Part shown: positions 10,901 through 23,399 of the stretch, piece by piece
Numbering within the stretch: the first letter of the stretch is position 1
How the letters are laid out: every line of letters starts with the position of its first letter
Assembly: GCA_038087875.1 (NCBI GenBank)
Contig: CM075996.1
Location: 1,242,001-1,306,000, forward strand
Reading direction: 5' to 3'
DNA from: Malacoraja senta
Taxonomy: Eukaryota
Length of the DNA: 64,000 nucleotides
Notes under the pieces: generated by a model
Databases searched by the model: none
Seen by the model: the letters and a program-made list of their open reading frames with translations, nothing else
Told to the model about the DNA's origin: nothing
Translations under genes and position numbers: made by a program

Positions 10901-13585
10901 AAGGAGCTCTGTCTGGAGATCAGAGCTGCCAATTAACACTGGTACTTCCTGTAACATTTCCTGTTCCCTACATCCGTCTTCTTCAAATTCACTTTCCTGC
11001 CTGCACGCAGTGTTGTGTGCAGTGAGACAAGCCTTTATTAATTACACCACACCATCTTAATAATGAAGATAGACACAAAAAGCTGGAGTAACTCAGCTGG
11101 GCAGGCAGATCTCTGGAGAGAAGGAATGGGAGACATTTCGGGTCTGACCAAACCTGACCCCAGTTGCTGTCTGTCTGTCTGTGTGGAGTTTGTTGGTTAG
11201 GAAGGATTGTACTGATTGTATGCCTGCTTGTCACCTTCCCCTCAGCTAACAATAAACCATTCTACATTTCCTTATCATCGTCTGCTTTGATCATTTGTTT
11301 CCACACCTTACCCTTCCACATCTCTGGGCTCCCTCTCCACTGACTCTCAGTGAAGAAGGGTCTCGACCTGATACGTCACCCATTCCTTCTCTCCAGAGAT
11401 GCTGCCTGTCCCTCTGAGTTACTCCAGCTTTTTGTGTCCATCTTCGGTTTAAACCAGCATCTGCAGTTCCTTCCTACACATCTTAATAATGAGACTGGCA
11501 GACGAAACACATGCAGATGTAAATAGTGGACTCCCATTTGTGATGGTTGTGAGTATAACCTGACAAATGGCTTGTGGTAATCCAACAACATGCAGGATAT
11601 TCTGTAGCAAAGGGAAAAGCCAGATAGTGACTCATTTGTTATTCCGTTTCAACGGCCATCTCGAGCATTAAAGGTACTTTCTCATTGGATTCTATTTATA
11701 CTGCAGAAGTGGGCTAATTCCAACATTTTGAAAATCTAGACAAGAGACTGCAGATGCTGGAATCTGGCGTCTAAATATACTGCTGGAAGAACTCGGAAGG
11801 CCAGGCAGCGTCTGCGGGGAGAGTCGATGTTTCAGGTCGAGAGAGTTGCTGCCTCACAGCGTCAGAGACCGGGTTCGATCCTGACTACGGGTGCTGTCTG
11901 TACAGAGTTTGTACCTTCTACCCACGTGGGTTTTCTCCGGGTGCTCCGGTTTCCTCCCACATTCCAAAGATGTACAGGTTTGTAGGTTAACTAGCTTTGG
12001 TGCCTAGAGTGTTGGATAGAACTAAGATGCAGGACAGGACACCACAGGAGATCCTTCTTCCCTGTGGCTATCAAACAGCACAACTCCTCCCCCTTGTGTC
12101 GTGGGGTAGACTGAGATCGACTCCCCCCCCCCCCCACCAAACTTTGCACATCCCCAATCCTTTCCACATCACTTTAATCTCATGTCAACATTCAAGAGAG
12201 TTTTTTGTCATGTGTCCCAGATAGGACAATGAAATTCTTGCTTTGCTTCAATTTTCATGTATTTTGTGTTTTACGACTTTGGCGGATCAATTTCCCTCCT
12301 GGGATAAATAAAGTTCTATCGTATCGTAACTAGTGTGCGGACTCAGTAGGCTGAAGTCCTGCTTCCATGCTGTATCTCTAAACTAAACCCAATATCAGGA
12401 CTTTCCCTCTCCCCCCCACAGATGCTGCCTGGCACAACCAGTTCATCCAGTAGTTTGTTTTTTGCTTCAGTAACTCACTCATGTCCTTAAAGATGTCATT
12501 TGAAAATGAAAAGTTACAGCAATGAAACAGGGCCTTCGGTCCACATCGACCAATCATCACCCGCTCACACTAGTTCTGTGTTATCCCACTTTCTCATCCA
12601 CTCCCTACACACTAGGGGGCAATTTACAGACGGCCAATTGTCCTACAAACCCGCACATCTTTGGGATGTGGGAGGAAACCGGAGCATACGGATGAAACAC
12701 ACAATGCCACATAGAGAACGTGCAAACTCCACACAGACAGCTGCCAAAGTCAGGATCAAACCCAGAGAACACGCTGAGGATCAATACACCTGAGAATCTT
12801 ACTGTTATGAGATCATAACATGGATAGGACAGGTTTGGAGGGATATGGACCAAACGCAGGCAGGTGGGACTAGTGTAGCTGGGACATGTTGGCCAGTGTG
12901 GGCAAGTTGGGGTGAAGGGCCTGTTTCCACGCTCCCTCTATCCTAATGAGTTTTAAATGGGGCATTAAAGCTCACTGAATACCCGCATGGTTCTAAACCC
13001 TCCCACTACTCGCCAAGTAATATTGCGGCTGTGTACAGGTGGCTCTGCTTTAACACGATCGTTACACTCCGACGCAGACTTGTGTCACAGAAAACCCCGT
13101 TATAATGACAACTGTGTCCATGGGGAAGGGATGCGACAGGGAGTTTCAGACTCACGATCTCAAAGTGACTTTCCCCCGTTGTTTATCCTTTTGCTCAATA
13201 TTCCAGCGACTACAATCTCTCGTCTCCATTTCAGATCCCAAAAATCCTATATCATACTTTAGATTCTCTCTTAATGATATACTCTAATTTTTAATGTTTT
13301 AATGTCACTGAATAGTTAATTAAAAGTACACTTTCCTTCCAGCTCCTGGCAATTGCCAGCCCAAATTGTTTTCAGACGAGTACCTGCTCAGCCAGTTGAT
13401 CAAGTTCACTGGTGTTGGCAGCAGGGACTACGGCAAACTGAGCTGACAATTTTTGGCAACAGAAATCAGTGAAAGGAAAGTCCTCGCCACAGACATCACT
13501 AAATCTTTCTGTGGAACTTTCAAGAGCAGCGGCCTGCAACCGCAGTTCAGTGTTGGCTGAAGGCCACACCGTGGACCATTCTTAC

Positions 13586-13683
13586 CTTGAAACCGGATGG
13601 TGCCAGAGTAACGGCAGGAATGCGGGGCAAGACTTCAGTCCCATTTACGTTGCTGGCATCGTTGAGGGAAGATCTCTTCTTTT
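13586..13683 (-). CDS. PPP1R12C: Probable PPP1R12C exon (poorly conserved linker)
   Basis: aagcag|AA AAG...TTC AAG|gtaag; 98 bp open frame EKKRSSLNDASNVNGTEVLPRIPAVTLAPSGFK that bridges phase 1 to phase 0; NAGNAG acceptor. Confidence 0.65.
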
Positions 13684-14509
13684 CTGCTTCGTTTGAAAGG
13701 AAATGGAATTGACAAGAAGAAATATTTCAAGAGCAAGATAAACGACTTCCAGATTAAGTCCCACTCCACATATTACTGTGTGTATTCCATGAGTTTCATG
13801 TCAACAAGGAATTTCATTGCAATCGTCCCGAAATGACAACAAACTCATCTAATGCAAAAATACTGTTCTAATTGGCATCCTTAATCGCAAACTATCATTT
13901 GGATCCAATCGTGGAACAAAGAGAATGTAAGTGGAAGATGCGCGAGCACTGATAGAAAATAGCTGCAGGAGTAGGCCATTCGGCCCTTCAAGCCAGCACC
14001 GCCATTCAAAATGATCACGGCTGATCATCCTAAATCAGTACCCCTTTCCTGCCTTCTGCCCATATCCCTTGATTCCGTTAGCCCTAAGAGCTAAATCTAA
14101 CTCTCTCTTGAAAACATCCAGTGAATTGGCCTCCACTGCCTTCCGTGGCAGAGAATTCCACAGATTCACAACTCTCTGGGCGAAAAAGTTTTTCCTCATC
14201 TCAGTCCGAAATGGCCTACCCCTTATTCTTAAACTGATGTCAGAGCCAATGCATGGGCACTCTTCCAAAGCAATATTTCAACTTTCATAAGGTGCATAAC
14301 CGTGTTTCTAACTCATATCTTTATTCAGTTAGGTTTAGTGTATTGTCACGTGTACCGAGGTACAGTGAAAAACTTTTGTTGCGTGCTAGTCAGCGGAAAG
14401 ACAATACATGATTACAATCACAGTGTACAAATACACAATAAGGGGAATAAATGTTAGTGCACGATAAAGCCAGTAAAGTCCGAGGGTCCCCGATGAGGTA
14501 GATTGTAGA

Positions 14510-15042
14510 TAGAAAACAGAAACACAAGACAAGACACAAGCTGCAGACCCGTGGACTGGGACATCGGGAGCTCGCGGGTCCGGGTGGAGACCGCTTTCCG
14601 GAGCTCCCGCAACGCAACTTCTCCAGCTCGAGTCGCGGGGTTGGAACGACCCGAAGCGGGGCCGTAAATCGCCCGGTACGGCTTTAATGTTAAAGCCGTG
14701 GGACATTCCAGCGCCCGCCGGGGCTCCAACTTTGTGACTTTTGGGCCCGGAGCGAAGCTGTACACCGCCCGGCGCGGCCTCAGCGGCCGTGGGACTTAAC
14801 ATTGCCCGCCTGGGGCTTCAACATCGGGAGAAAAATGGTGCAGGGGAGAGAAATGACTTTGCCTTCCATCACAGTGAGGAGGAGATTCACTGTGATGGAT
14901 GTTTTTCTGTAAATTGAATTGTTTGTGTGTCGTGTAAGAATTGTTTTGTTTGTATGGCTGTGGAAACGGAGTTTCGTTTGAGCCTCTTTGAGGTTCAAAT
15001 GACAAGAAATAAAATCAAATCAAATCAAATCAAATCAAATCA
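14510..15042 (+). mobile_element. Unclassified non-autonomous retroelement with GC-rich body, hairpins and (AAATC)n tail
   Basis: 3' ~240 bp nearly identical to 35940-36180; ends ATGACAAGAAATAAAATC+microsatellite. Confidence 0.65.
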
Positions 15043-15056
15043 TTTAAACTATTTAC

Positions 15057-15226
15057 CGGTTTCACATTCAGAGTCAGAATCGGAAACACCTTCAGTCTCC
15101 GAACTAGAACTGCTGGATTCTTCTTTCTTGCTTTCATCCAAAGACAACGTCTCCAAGGTTTTGCGTTCCTTTGACAGGTCCTGCACAGAAATCTTTTCCC
15201 TGCTACTCATCCGGCAGACCGAACTC
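15057..15226 (-). CDS. PPP1R12C: PPP1R12C exon (basic motif plus acidic/Ser-rich tract)
   Basis: catcag|G AGT...ACC G|gtaaat; SSVCRMSSREKISVQDLSKERK...SDSDSECET; closely resembles recalled PPP1R12C SSVCRLSSREKISLQDLSKER. Confidence 0.9.
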
Positions 15227-16159
15227 CTGATGGAACAAAGACGAAGGATCAAAACAAAACTATAAAACCCTCCGCTGGTATTATGAGCCACCGATGAAAT
15301 CTCACTCAGTGAAACACGCATCAATGTGTGTAACGTGACACACGTGTGTAACGTGACATTCACACTGTCGCACACGCTTGGGGGGGGTGTAATCAATCCA
15401 ACACACTTGTACATTTAGCTGGACTGCTCAGTATGTGGCACTCTGACCTCAAACAGCAAGACCCGGATTGGTGTCTGACTTATACACATGTCACAACCAC
15501 GTCACAAGAAACTTAGCCTACCCAACCTCTCCCTATAGCTCACACCCTCTAGTCTTGGCAACATCCTCGTAAATCTTCCCTGAACCCTTTCCAGCTTGAC
15601 AATATCTTTCCTATAACATGGTGCTCAGAACGGAACACAATACTCTAAATGAGGCCTCACCAGCGTCTTGTACAACTGCAACATGACCTCCCAACTTCTA
15701 GACTCTGACTGATGATAACAAATTGTTTTTACAGCTCAGCTCTGCAGCCCTGATGGTGCCAGCTTCTACTTGGGTAGTTTGATAGTTGGTAGCCTGCCAC
15801 ACCTCTCCTAGGCAGTACTTTGTCTATCAGCCTCCGAGTGGACGGTAAGGTTGATGCTAACAATCTCACTCACATCAGTGTAACAGGTCGGGGTGAGGGG
15901 GAAGTGGGAGGGGAGCTGGAGGATCACCCTCCACCGTGTATCTGACCGATTCAGAAGCAAGTCTCCCCTTGCCCCATCTCCACTGGATTAACTATCTTGG
16001 CATTGATAACAATGCAAACCTTTGTACAGAAATTGCTTAATGATTTACCATTCACAGAACTACAGAAATATACAGGCCCTTCGGCTCAAAGTGTCCATGC
16101 TGACCAGTTTAATAACTGAGCTTGTCCCATTTGATTGTGTTTTGTCTATGCCCCTTGGA

Positions 16160-16470
16160 CGGCAGGGTGGTGCAGCAGGTAGAGCTGCTGCCTCACAGCG
16201 CCAGAGACCCGGATTCCATCCTGACTACGGGCGCTGTCTGTACGAAGTTTGTACATTCTCCCCGTGATCGCGTGGGTTTTCTCCGAGATTTTCAGTTTCC
16301 TCCCGCACTCCAAAGACTTACAGGTTTGTTGGTTAATTGGCTTGGTGTAAGTGTAAATTGTCCTTAGTGTGTGTAGGATAGTGCTAATGTGCGGGGATCG
16401 CTGGTCGGCACGGACTCGGTGGGCCGAAGGGCCTGTTTCTGCGTTGTATCTTGAAACTAAACTCTAACTC
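16160..16470 (+). mobile_element. tRNA-derived V-domain (HE1-like) SINE; representative
   Basis: A-box-like GTGGTGCAGCAGGTAGAG, B-box-like GGATTCCATCC, central GGGTTTTCTCCG..GTTTCCTCCC..CTCCAAAGAC V-domain, tail GGGCCGAAGGGCCTGTTT..AAACTAAAC; other copies at about 5465-5762(-), 12515-12765(-), 22990-23292(-), 27396-27695(-), 36530-36805(+), 37323-37630(+), 45310-45560(+), 46369-46683(-), 51742-52015(+), 52120-52362(-), 55966-56260(-), 57677-57920(+), 59893-60183(-). Confidence 0.85.
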
Positions 16471-16976
16471 TCCCTATCCAGGCACAATCTAATTATCTTT
16501 GAAATATTATTGTACCACATTTACCACTTCCTCTGGAAGGTCATTCCACATACCAAATACTCTTTGTGAAGAAATTGCCCCTCTGACCTCTTAAATCCTT
16601 CCCCTCTCACCTCAAACCTATGTCCTCTCGTTCTGTTCTTCTCTACCCATGGAAGCAACTGTGACTTCATTTTACCTATACCTCTGAAGATTCTGTTTAG
16701 CTCCATCAGGTCTTCCCTCAGCCTCCTACACTGCATGGAAAAGAGTGTAGGAAAGAACTGCAGATGCTGGTTTAAAGCGAAGATAGACACAAAATGCTGG
16801 AGTAACTTGGCGGGACAGGCTATCTTCAGTGTAATCAGTACAAACCAGCATCTGCAGTTCCTTCCTACACACTCATCACGTTAAGAACAGTGCAAATACA
16901 TCAGCAATGTTCAAACTGCTGCACTGTAGAATTACAATTACAAAACAAGTCTGCATTTGGTTCAGAGATCTCTTAC

Positions 16977-17062
16977 TTCCTTGGCTTGCTTGACGGTTGC
17001 TGCGGCTGTGTGGATGTTTCTATGATGGCACGCTTCATCTTTTCTTCTTTCTCAGTCCTCAG
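16977..17062 (-). CDS. PPP1R12C: PPP1R12C exon
   Basis: cacag|CTG AGG...AA|gtaaga; 86 bp; LRTEKEEKMKRAIIETSTQPQQPSSKPR; phase-compatible on both sides. Confidence 0.85.
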
Positions 17063-17623
17063 CTGTGATAACACAAGAACACAGAGAGCGGGTGAAGCCA
17101 GATGGTCCAGCATCGGTCTGGAGTGTGGTCAGAGCACGGGAACAAAATCATCCCTACTAATGCTTCCTGCACAAGACCTGCGGTTCTACATTTCATCCTG
17201 CTTCAGGTTGTGACTTCAGCGGAGCAGAATAACACGTACAGCCACCATCATTAACGACTGGTGATGGGGGACTCCACTGAGCAACCAACACCAAGCCCAG
17301 ATATCGACAGAGACTGATATATGAACATTTGATCCAACCTGGCATTATGTTAACAAAGGACAATCTCGGTGGTACACTTGTAATATGATTTAAAATCTCA
17401 TTTAAAGTATATGTTAAATGATTTTAAAGATATTTATGGGCATTAAAAATATAAAAATAAATAGACCCCACAAAAACAGAGAGATTTCTGAGAAGCTATT
17501 TGTCAGGTTTTGGTGACAAGTGATCTTGATAAACTGATTCATTACAAATGGACACTAATAATGTAGGCAATATCCTGACAAACCTCGTGTTTGTGCACGC
17601 AGACAAAATGACTAATTACTTAC

Positions 17624-17698
17624 ATCATCCTGTTTCTTCTGCAGGTCCTCCAGTAAACTCAAAATATCTTCATCTGCAACATCAAATGGTGTCTGACC
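17624..17698 (-). CDS. PPP1R12C: PPP1R12C exon (exon 6 equivalent)
   Basis: ttgcag|GGT CAG...GAT|gtaagt; 75 bp; GQTPFDVADEDILSLLEDLQKKQDD. Confidence 0.92.
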
Positions 17699-18625
17699 CT
17701 GCAACAAAAACTCTGCTGTTACACCAACACACAACAGCCTCCAGCGGTCCTACCCACTCCCTGGTCTCCCCCCCCCTGTCTTGGGATGCTCTTCAATCCA
17801 ACGTGCCAGATTATTCATGTTTAATGTTTTATGTGTCATTCCTAACTGTCATTGTATGTCATGTTGTCACTTGCGGGCGGAGCACAAAGGCAAATTCCTT
17901 GTATGCGAGTACTTGGCCAATAAACTTATTCATAAACTTATTCATTCATTCATCTCATGGTCTCTGGTAGCCCTCCCAACTCCATGCTTCACTCACTTTA
18001 TAAGCAGGAGATGTTATTGGCTGCACCCATCAACGTATTGAGATTTGAGAACACACAATCAAATATCTTCTTCACACTTTGCAGATAATTTTAAGATACA
18101 AAATTTTAAAGCACCCTTAACTTAGATACCTAAAACAGATTAGTAAAATACTTTGTGGCTGCATATCTTTTGTACCTTAGAGACAATGTCTACAGATACT
18201 TCCAAGCACTAGGGTACTAATGGTGAATGTACTAATGGTGTCTAGGTTGAAGGCAGTGGAGGCCAATTCACTGAATGGTTTCAAGAGAGTTAGATTTAGC
18301 TCCTTGGGCTAACGGAATCAAGGGATATTGGGAGAAAGCAGGAACAGGGTACTGATATTAGATGATCAGCCATGATCATATTGAATGGCGGTGCTGGCTC
18401 AAAGGGCTGAATGGCCTACTCCTGCACTTATTTTCTATGTTTCTATGAAATTAATCTCATTGCAAAGAGTGTCTATCTTCAGTTTAAACCAGATGCTGGT
18501 TTAAACCTAAGATAGACACAAAAAGCTGGAGTTGTCTAGAGGAATTGCTTTAAAACCTTGTTTCTTTTGGCTAGATGCTCTGGAAGCTTAAATTAATAAG
18601 CTGCAGACGAAAGAGACCCACGTAC

Positions 18626-18770
18626 CGAGTTATTAACCGCTTCCATGTCACAGAAGTGCTCAACGAGGAGCTTGCAAGAATCCTCCATCCCCCAGTGTGC
18701 GGCGGCATGCAGTGGTGTCCAGCCATCCTTGTCCCGTGCAACCACACTGAAGCCAGCCTGGAGGAGCAGC
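18626..18770 (-). CDS. PPP1R12C: PPP1R12C ankyrin-repeat exon (exon 5 equivalent)
   Basis: ttgcag|G CTG CTC...TCG|gtacgt; 145 bp; LLLQAGFSVVARDKDGWTPLHAAAHWGMEDSCKLLVEHFCDMEAVNNS. Confidence 0.93.
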
Positions 18771-19476
18771 CTGCAAGTCAACGCCACTGGTTAACATGGA
18801 GGCAATGGCCACTCACTTCCACTGGTTGACTAATATTATTACAGGCGACGGCAACTAATCCAAACTCAACCCGGAGCAAGAAGGAAAGTGATGAAAGACG
18901 ATCATGATCCCCACTTGAGGGAAAGGCTGCCCACTGGGCTGATGCTGAGCTAATTAAAGGGTTAACAACTCCATTCCCCCAGCTCCCCAAACCCACTATT
19001 AAAACACTTGATACAAAATGTTTAAATCTCCATTGATGATACACAGGACTCTCCCATTCTGTGTTTTTTCGGGTACTTTGGCAGCACAGGTGCAGCTAGG
19101 CGAGTGGATATCTAACGACAACAATTCTCAGGCCGCAGATGCCCCCAGATAGTTCCGCAGGCGGGCGGCACATTTCATTTGCGCTGGGCGAGGGTGGTTT
19201 CAGTGCAAGAATCTGCTCCCTTCGAATGCCACCATCACTGAGCTAAAGGAATGGATCTATACAAGATGCAGAATGGCTCACTGGACCTGATCTTACAGAC
19301 TCTATTCTCAATGTTACTTTCAGCTAAAATAAACACGGAGTAATTAAGGACCTCCACCCTCCCTTCCATGCCAACAAAGGGTCGAGGCCAAAGCTTATAC
19401 CCCAGCTCCTGAGCTGCCCGAATGAGCCGGTTACACATGGTAGCAGAGATACTGTACAGGCGGGGTTGATACTGGC

Positions 19477-19636
19477 CTCATCACTTCTATGTAGCCTTTG
19501 GCTGCGGCAACGTGGAGAGCGTTGGCACCAGTTTTCGGGTGAGATACGTCTTCAATCCTGCCGCTATTTAGCCACTGCCGGGCATGTTGCAGCAACAAGT
19601 CCTCCTCTTCACGCCTCGCAGATTCCACGTCGATCC
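19477..19636 (-). CDS. PPP1R12C: PPP1R12C ankyrin-repeat exon (exon 4 equivalent), apparent GC donor
   Basis: gcag|GG ATC GAC...ATG AG|gccagt; 160 bp; IDVESARREEEDLLLQHARQWLNSGRIEDVSHPKTGANALHVAAAKGYIEVMR; GYIEVMR/LLLQAG matches my recollection of PPP1R12C rather than MYPT1. Confidence 0.92.
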
Positions 19637-20264
19637 CTGCCGAGACAGGACGGAGCACTTTCTGTACAAGCAGCTTTACCACACGACAATATTACAATCT
19701 CCCACAACTCCCAGAACAATAGAAGCGCGTCCCCTGCCCACTGAACATAATCAGGGGGAGGGAATCTCCAACACACCAACAGCAGTTGGAGAGGAAAGCT
19801 CGCCATCACCATCTCAAGGACAACAGATGCTGCCTCCCCCACAGATCATTCACACAACCCGATCAACTCAGTGTTAGTTGTTGGCCAGTCCACAGGAAGT
19901 GTGTAAGAAGGAACTGCAGATGCTGGTTTAAATCGAAGATAGACATAAAAAGCTGGAGTAACTCAGCGGGACAGGCAGCATCTATGGAGAGAAGGAATGG
20001 GTGACATTTCTGGTCAAGACCCCTCTTCAGTCTGAAGAAACGTCACCCATTCCTTCTCTCCAGAGATGCTGCCTGTCCCGCTGAGTTACTCCAGCATTTT
20101 GTGTCTATCTTCATTCCGCAGGAAGAGCTCCCAAGTGATTTGTAGATGCGACCTGAAAGACTAGACAGTGGATTCATTCAACGCCACACCATGTAAGACA
20201 TCTTCAGAGTGCAGTGCTTCTGGGAGTATCTGCGCCTTAACCCAAAGTTTTCCAACCCAAGAGA

Positions 20265-20640
20265 TACGATAGAATTTTATTTATCCCAGGAGGGAAATTG
20301 ATTTGTCAAGAGTTATAAAAACACAAAATACATGAAATTAAAGTGACGAGTGGAAAGGATTGGGTGATGTGCAAAGATAGGGGAGGGGGGGGGGGGGGAG
20401 AGTCAGTCTCAGCCTACCCCACGACAGAAGGGGAAGGAGTTGTACACTTTGATAGCCACAGGGAAGAAGGATCTCATGTGGCGTTCTGTGCTGCATCTTG
20501 GTGGAACCAGTCTGTTGCTGAAGGTGCTCCTCAGGTTGACCAGTGTGTCATGGAGGGGATGAGCTGTATTGTCCAAGATGCTCCGCAGTTTGAGGAGCAT
20601 CCTCCCCTCCAAGACCACCCCCATGTATCCAACAGATGAG
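20265..20640 (-). mobile_element. Rex1/Babar-type LINE 3' fragment
   Basis: RMLLKLRSILDNTAHPLHDTL...RCSTERHMRSFFPVAIKVYNS plus 3' tail; related tails at about 6570-6760(-) and 12030-12327(+). Confidence 0.78.
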
Positions 20641-20715
20641 CGGTGACTGGCACAAAATACACCAGCAATGTACACACTGCCACCTCAGCCATGGCAGCGC
20701 AGTTCTGGTACGTAC

Positions 20716-20834
20716 CCTGCTTAGTAATCTCAGCCTGCAGTAGGTTCTCCATGTTGTTCTCCTCTGCAAGGTCAATTGGCAACTGGCCATCACTGTTCAC
20801 TGCAGCAATGCTGGCCGCATGGTTGATTAAACAT
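20716..20834 (-). CDS. PPP1R12C: PPP1R12C ankyrin-repeat exon (exon 3 equivalent)
   Basis: ttgcag|A TGT...CAG G|gtacgt; 119 bp; CLINHAASIAAVNSDGQLPIDLAEENNMENLLQAEITKQG; phase matches neighbouring exons. Confidence 0.92.
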
Positions 20835-22189
20835 CTGCAAAGCATTACAAAATGAGATCAGAAATCGTTGAGAGAAATCGTTATTGAGAAAGAGAGATAA
20901 TGGAGACGTTGGACAGTCAGGCTTTCAACAGGTCAGAGGTTAAAATAAATATAAAGGAAGAAATGATTCAGCGAGACAAAGACCACAATGTAAAACATGT
21001 GGGAATGAGTTATACAGCAATGTTGCAGGCCCTTCAGCTCAACTTGTCCATGCTGATCATGCTGTCTATCAGAGCTAGTCACAATTGCCTGCACTGCCTT
21101 TATGAAGGAGGGTCTCGACCAGAAAAATCACCCATTCCTTCTCTCCAGAGCTGCTGCCTGTCCCGCTGAGTTACTCCAGCACTCTGTGAAACGTCACCTA
21201 TCCATGTTCTCCACAGATGCTGCCTGACCCGCTGAGTTACTCCAGCATTTTGTGTCTACCTTCATTATATCATTACTGTTTAATCAGAGTAATATCTTTT
21301 GTCTATCCTCAATTAGGCCTTCATGTCTTGCTGATTAGTTTGATAAACAAGTCAGTAATGCATGGTCATGTATACACCTGTAATGGCCACTTGTGGAGCC
21401 ACTGAGTATTAAGGTATAATTCAATTGGTGTAGGAAGGAATTGCAGATGCTGGTTTAAACCGAAGATACACAAAAACCTGGAGTAACTCTACTGAAGACG
21501 GGTCTGAACCCGAAACGTCACCTATTCCTTCTCTCCAGAGATGCTGTCTGACCTGCTGAGTTACTCCAACTTTTTTTGTCTATAATTCAACTTGTTGGTT
21601 GTGAGGCCAGTGAAGGCCTTTCCCAGGCAATGAGCAACCAGTGAACTTGGCGGCAAGAAGCACAGAAGATGTGCTGAGTCCAAAACTTTAAACTTAGCCA
21701 AGCTGGCTGTACTAGAGGCCCCAGCCCAAAACGTCATCTTTTCATGCTCTCAAGAGATGCTGTCTGACCTGTTGAGTTACTCCAGCACTTTATGCCATTT
21801 TTTGTATCTCTACTGAAGAGTGTGCATTCCTTATTGGACAAATGCAAAACTCCCTTGTAGATTTTGCACTGTTTTGACAAGGATACCCAAATATGACCAG
21901 TCTCTTCATATTGGTTATCCAAGAGAAGATGGAGTGGAGCAGGAAGCAAGAGACACCAAACCATATATATATGAAAACATGTAGGAAGGAACTGCAGATG
22001 CTAGTTTAAACAGAAGATAAGTTGCACTAACTCAGCGGGACAGGCAGCATTTCTGAAGAGAAGGAATGGATGACGTGTCTCTCAGTCTGAAGAAGGGTCT
22101 CGACCCGAAACGTCACCCATTCCTGCTTTCCAGAGATGCTGCCTGTCCTGCTGAGTTACTCCAGCTTTTTATATCTGAAGACGTTCATT

Positions 22190-22860
22190 TACATGTCAGC
22201 GGTGGTAAAAAAAGACCCAGCAGCGATTGCACTTCCTGACAGTGCTAAGGAAGAACAGTCTAGAGGAGAAGCTGCTGGTGGCCTTCTACCACTACACCAT
22301 CGAGAGTGTGCTGGCATATTGTATCACGGTGTGGTATGCCGGCTGCTCAGCAGCAGACAGGAGAGCCCTGCAGAGAGTGATCAAAACTGCCCAGAAAATC
22401 ATCGGCTGCCCTCTGCTTCCATGGAAGACATCTCCAGCTCTCGGTGCCTCTGCAGAGCCAGGAAAATAATCAAAGGCCCCTCCCATCCTGGACAGTTCCT
22501 GTTCAACCTCCTGCCCTCCAGTAGGCGGTACAGGTGCGACAAAAGCCAGACAAACAGACTCAAGAACAGTTTCTTTCCCTGGGCCATCAGAACTCTAAAT
22601 TCCTTAAATATCCACACGACATGAGAGATGCTGTTATCCATTTCACTATAAAACAAACCACTCTAATATTTCTTCTTTCTTAATTCTTTTAAAGTATTTA
22701 TTACATTTTAACGTGTAATAATCTCCCAGTGCAATGTTCTACCTAGGTATGATCATTATAATTTATCTACTATTTTAAGCAGTTAAATAACGTATTGGAT
22801 GCGTTTTAAGTGTATTTCGAAGTACAATGACAATAAAGGCTTATTATTATTATTATTATT
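22190..22860 (+). mobile_element. Rex1/Babar-type LINE 3' fragment
   Basis: HFLTVLRKNSL...FYHYTIESVLAYCITVWYAGCSAADRRALQRVIKTAQKIIG, then HPG..LF..LPS.RRYR...RLKNSFFP; ends ATGACAATAAAG+(TTA)n. Confidence 0.82.
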
Positions 22861-23399
22861 ATACTAATTCTCCTTGCAGGACACTTGAGAGGACACTTCC
22901 TAGTCCAAGATGCAAGTGGTGGGTGGTTCACAAGTGACCACTTGTATAGTGTCTATACAAAACAGTTAGAAAATCAGGGCCTTGACTGGTTTAGAGATGC
23001 AGCATGGAAACAGGCCCTTCAGCCCACCAAGTCCGCCCTGACCATCGATCACCCATTCACACTACTTCTATGTTATCCCACCTTCTCACCACTCCCTACA
23101 CACCAGGGACAATTTACCGAGGGCCAATTAACCTACAAACCCGCACGTCTCTGGGATATGGTAGGAAATCGGAGCACCCGGAGGATACCCACGCAGTCAC
23201 AGGGAGAAAGTGCAAACTCCACACAGACAGCAGCCGAGGTCAAGATCGAACTCTGGCGCCATGAGGCAGCGGCTCAACCCACTGCGCCACTATCACCATC
23301 CACAAATACGAACAAGTGATGAGGAGGAGGGGAATAAGTTTATACAGAGGGAACAATTAAAGGAGTATTGTAGCGCGAGTCCAGGGGAGGATGAGCTCC

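Noticed and set aside
16160..16230. tRNA genes suggested by A/B-box motifs
   Set aside because: These are SINE heads that continue into the V-domain and LINE-like tail; no complete cloverleaf.
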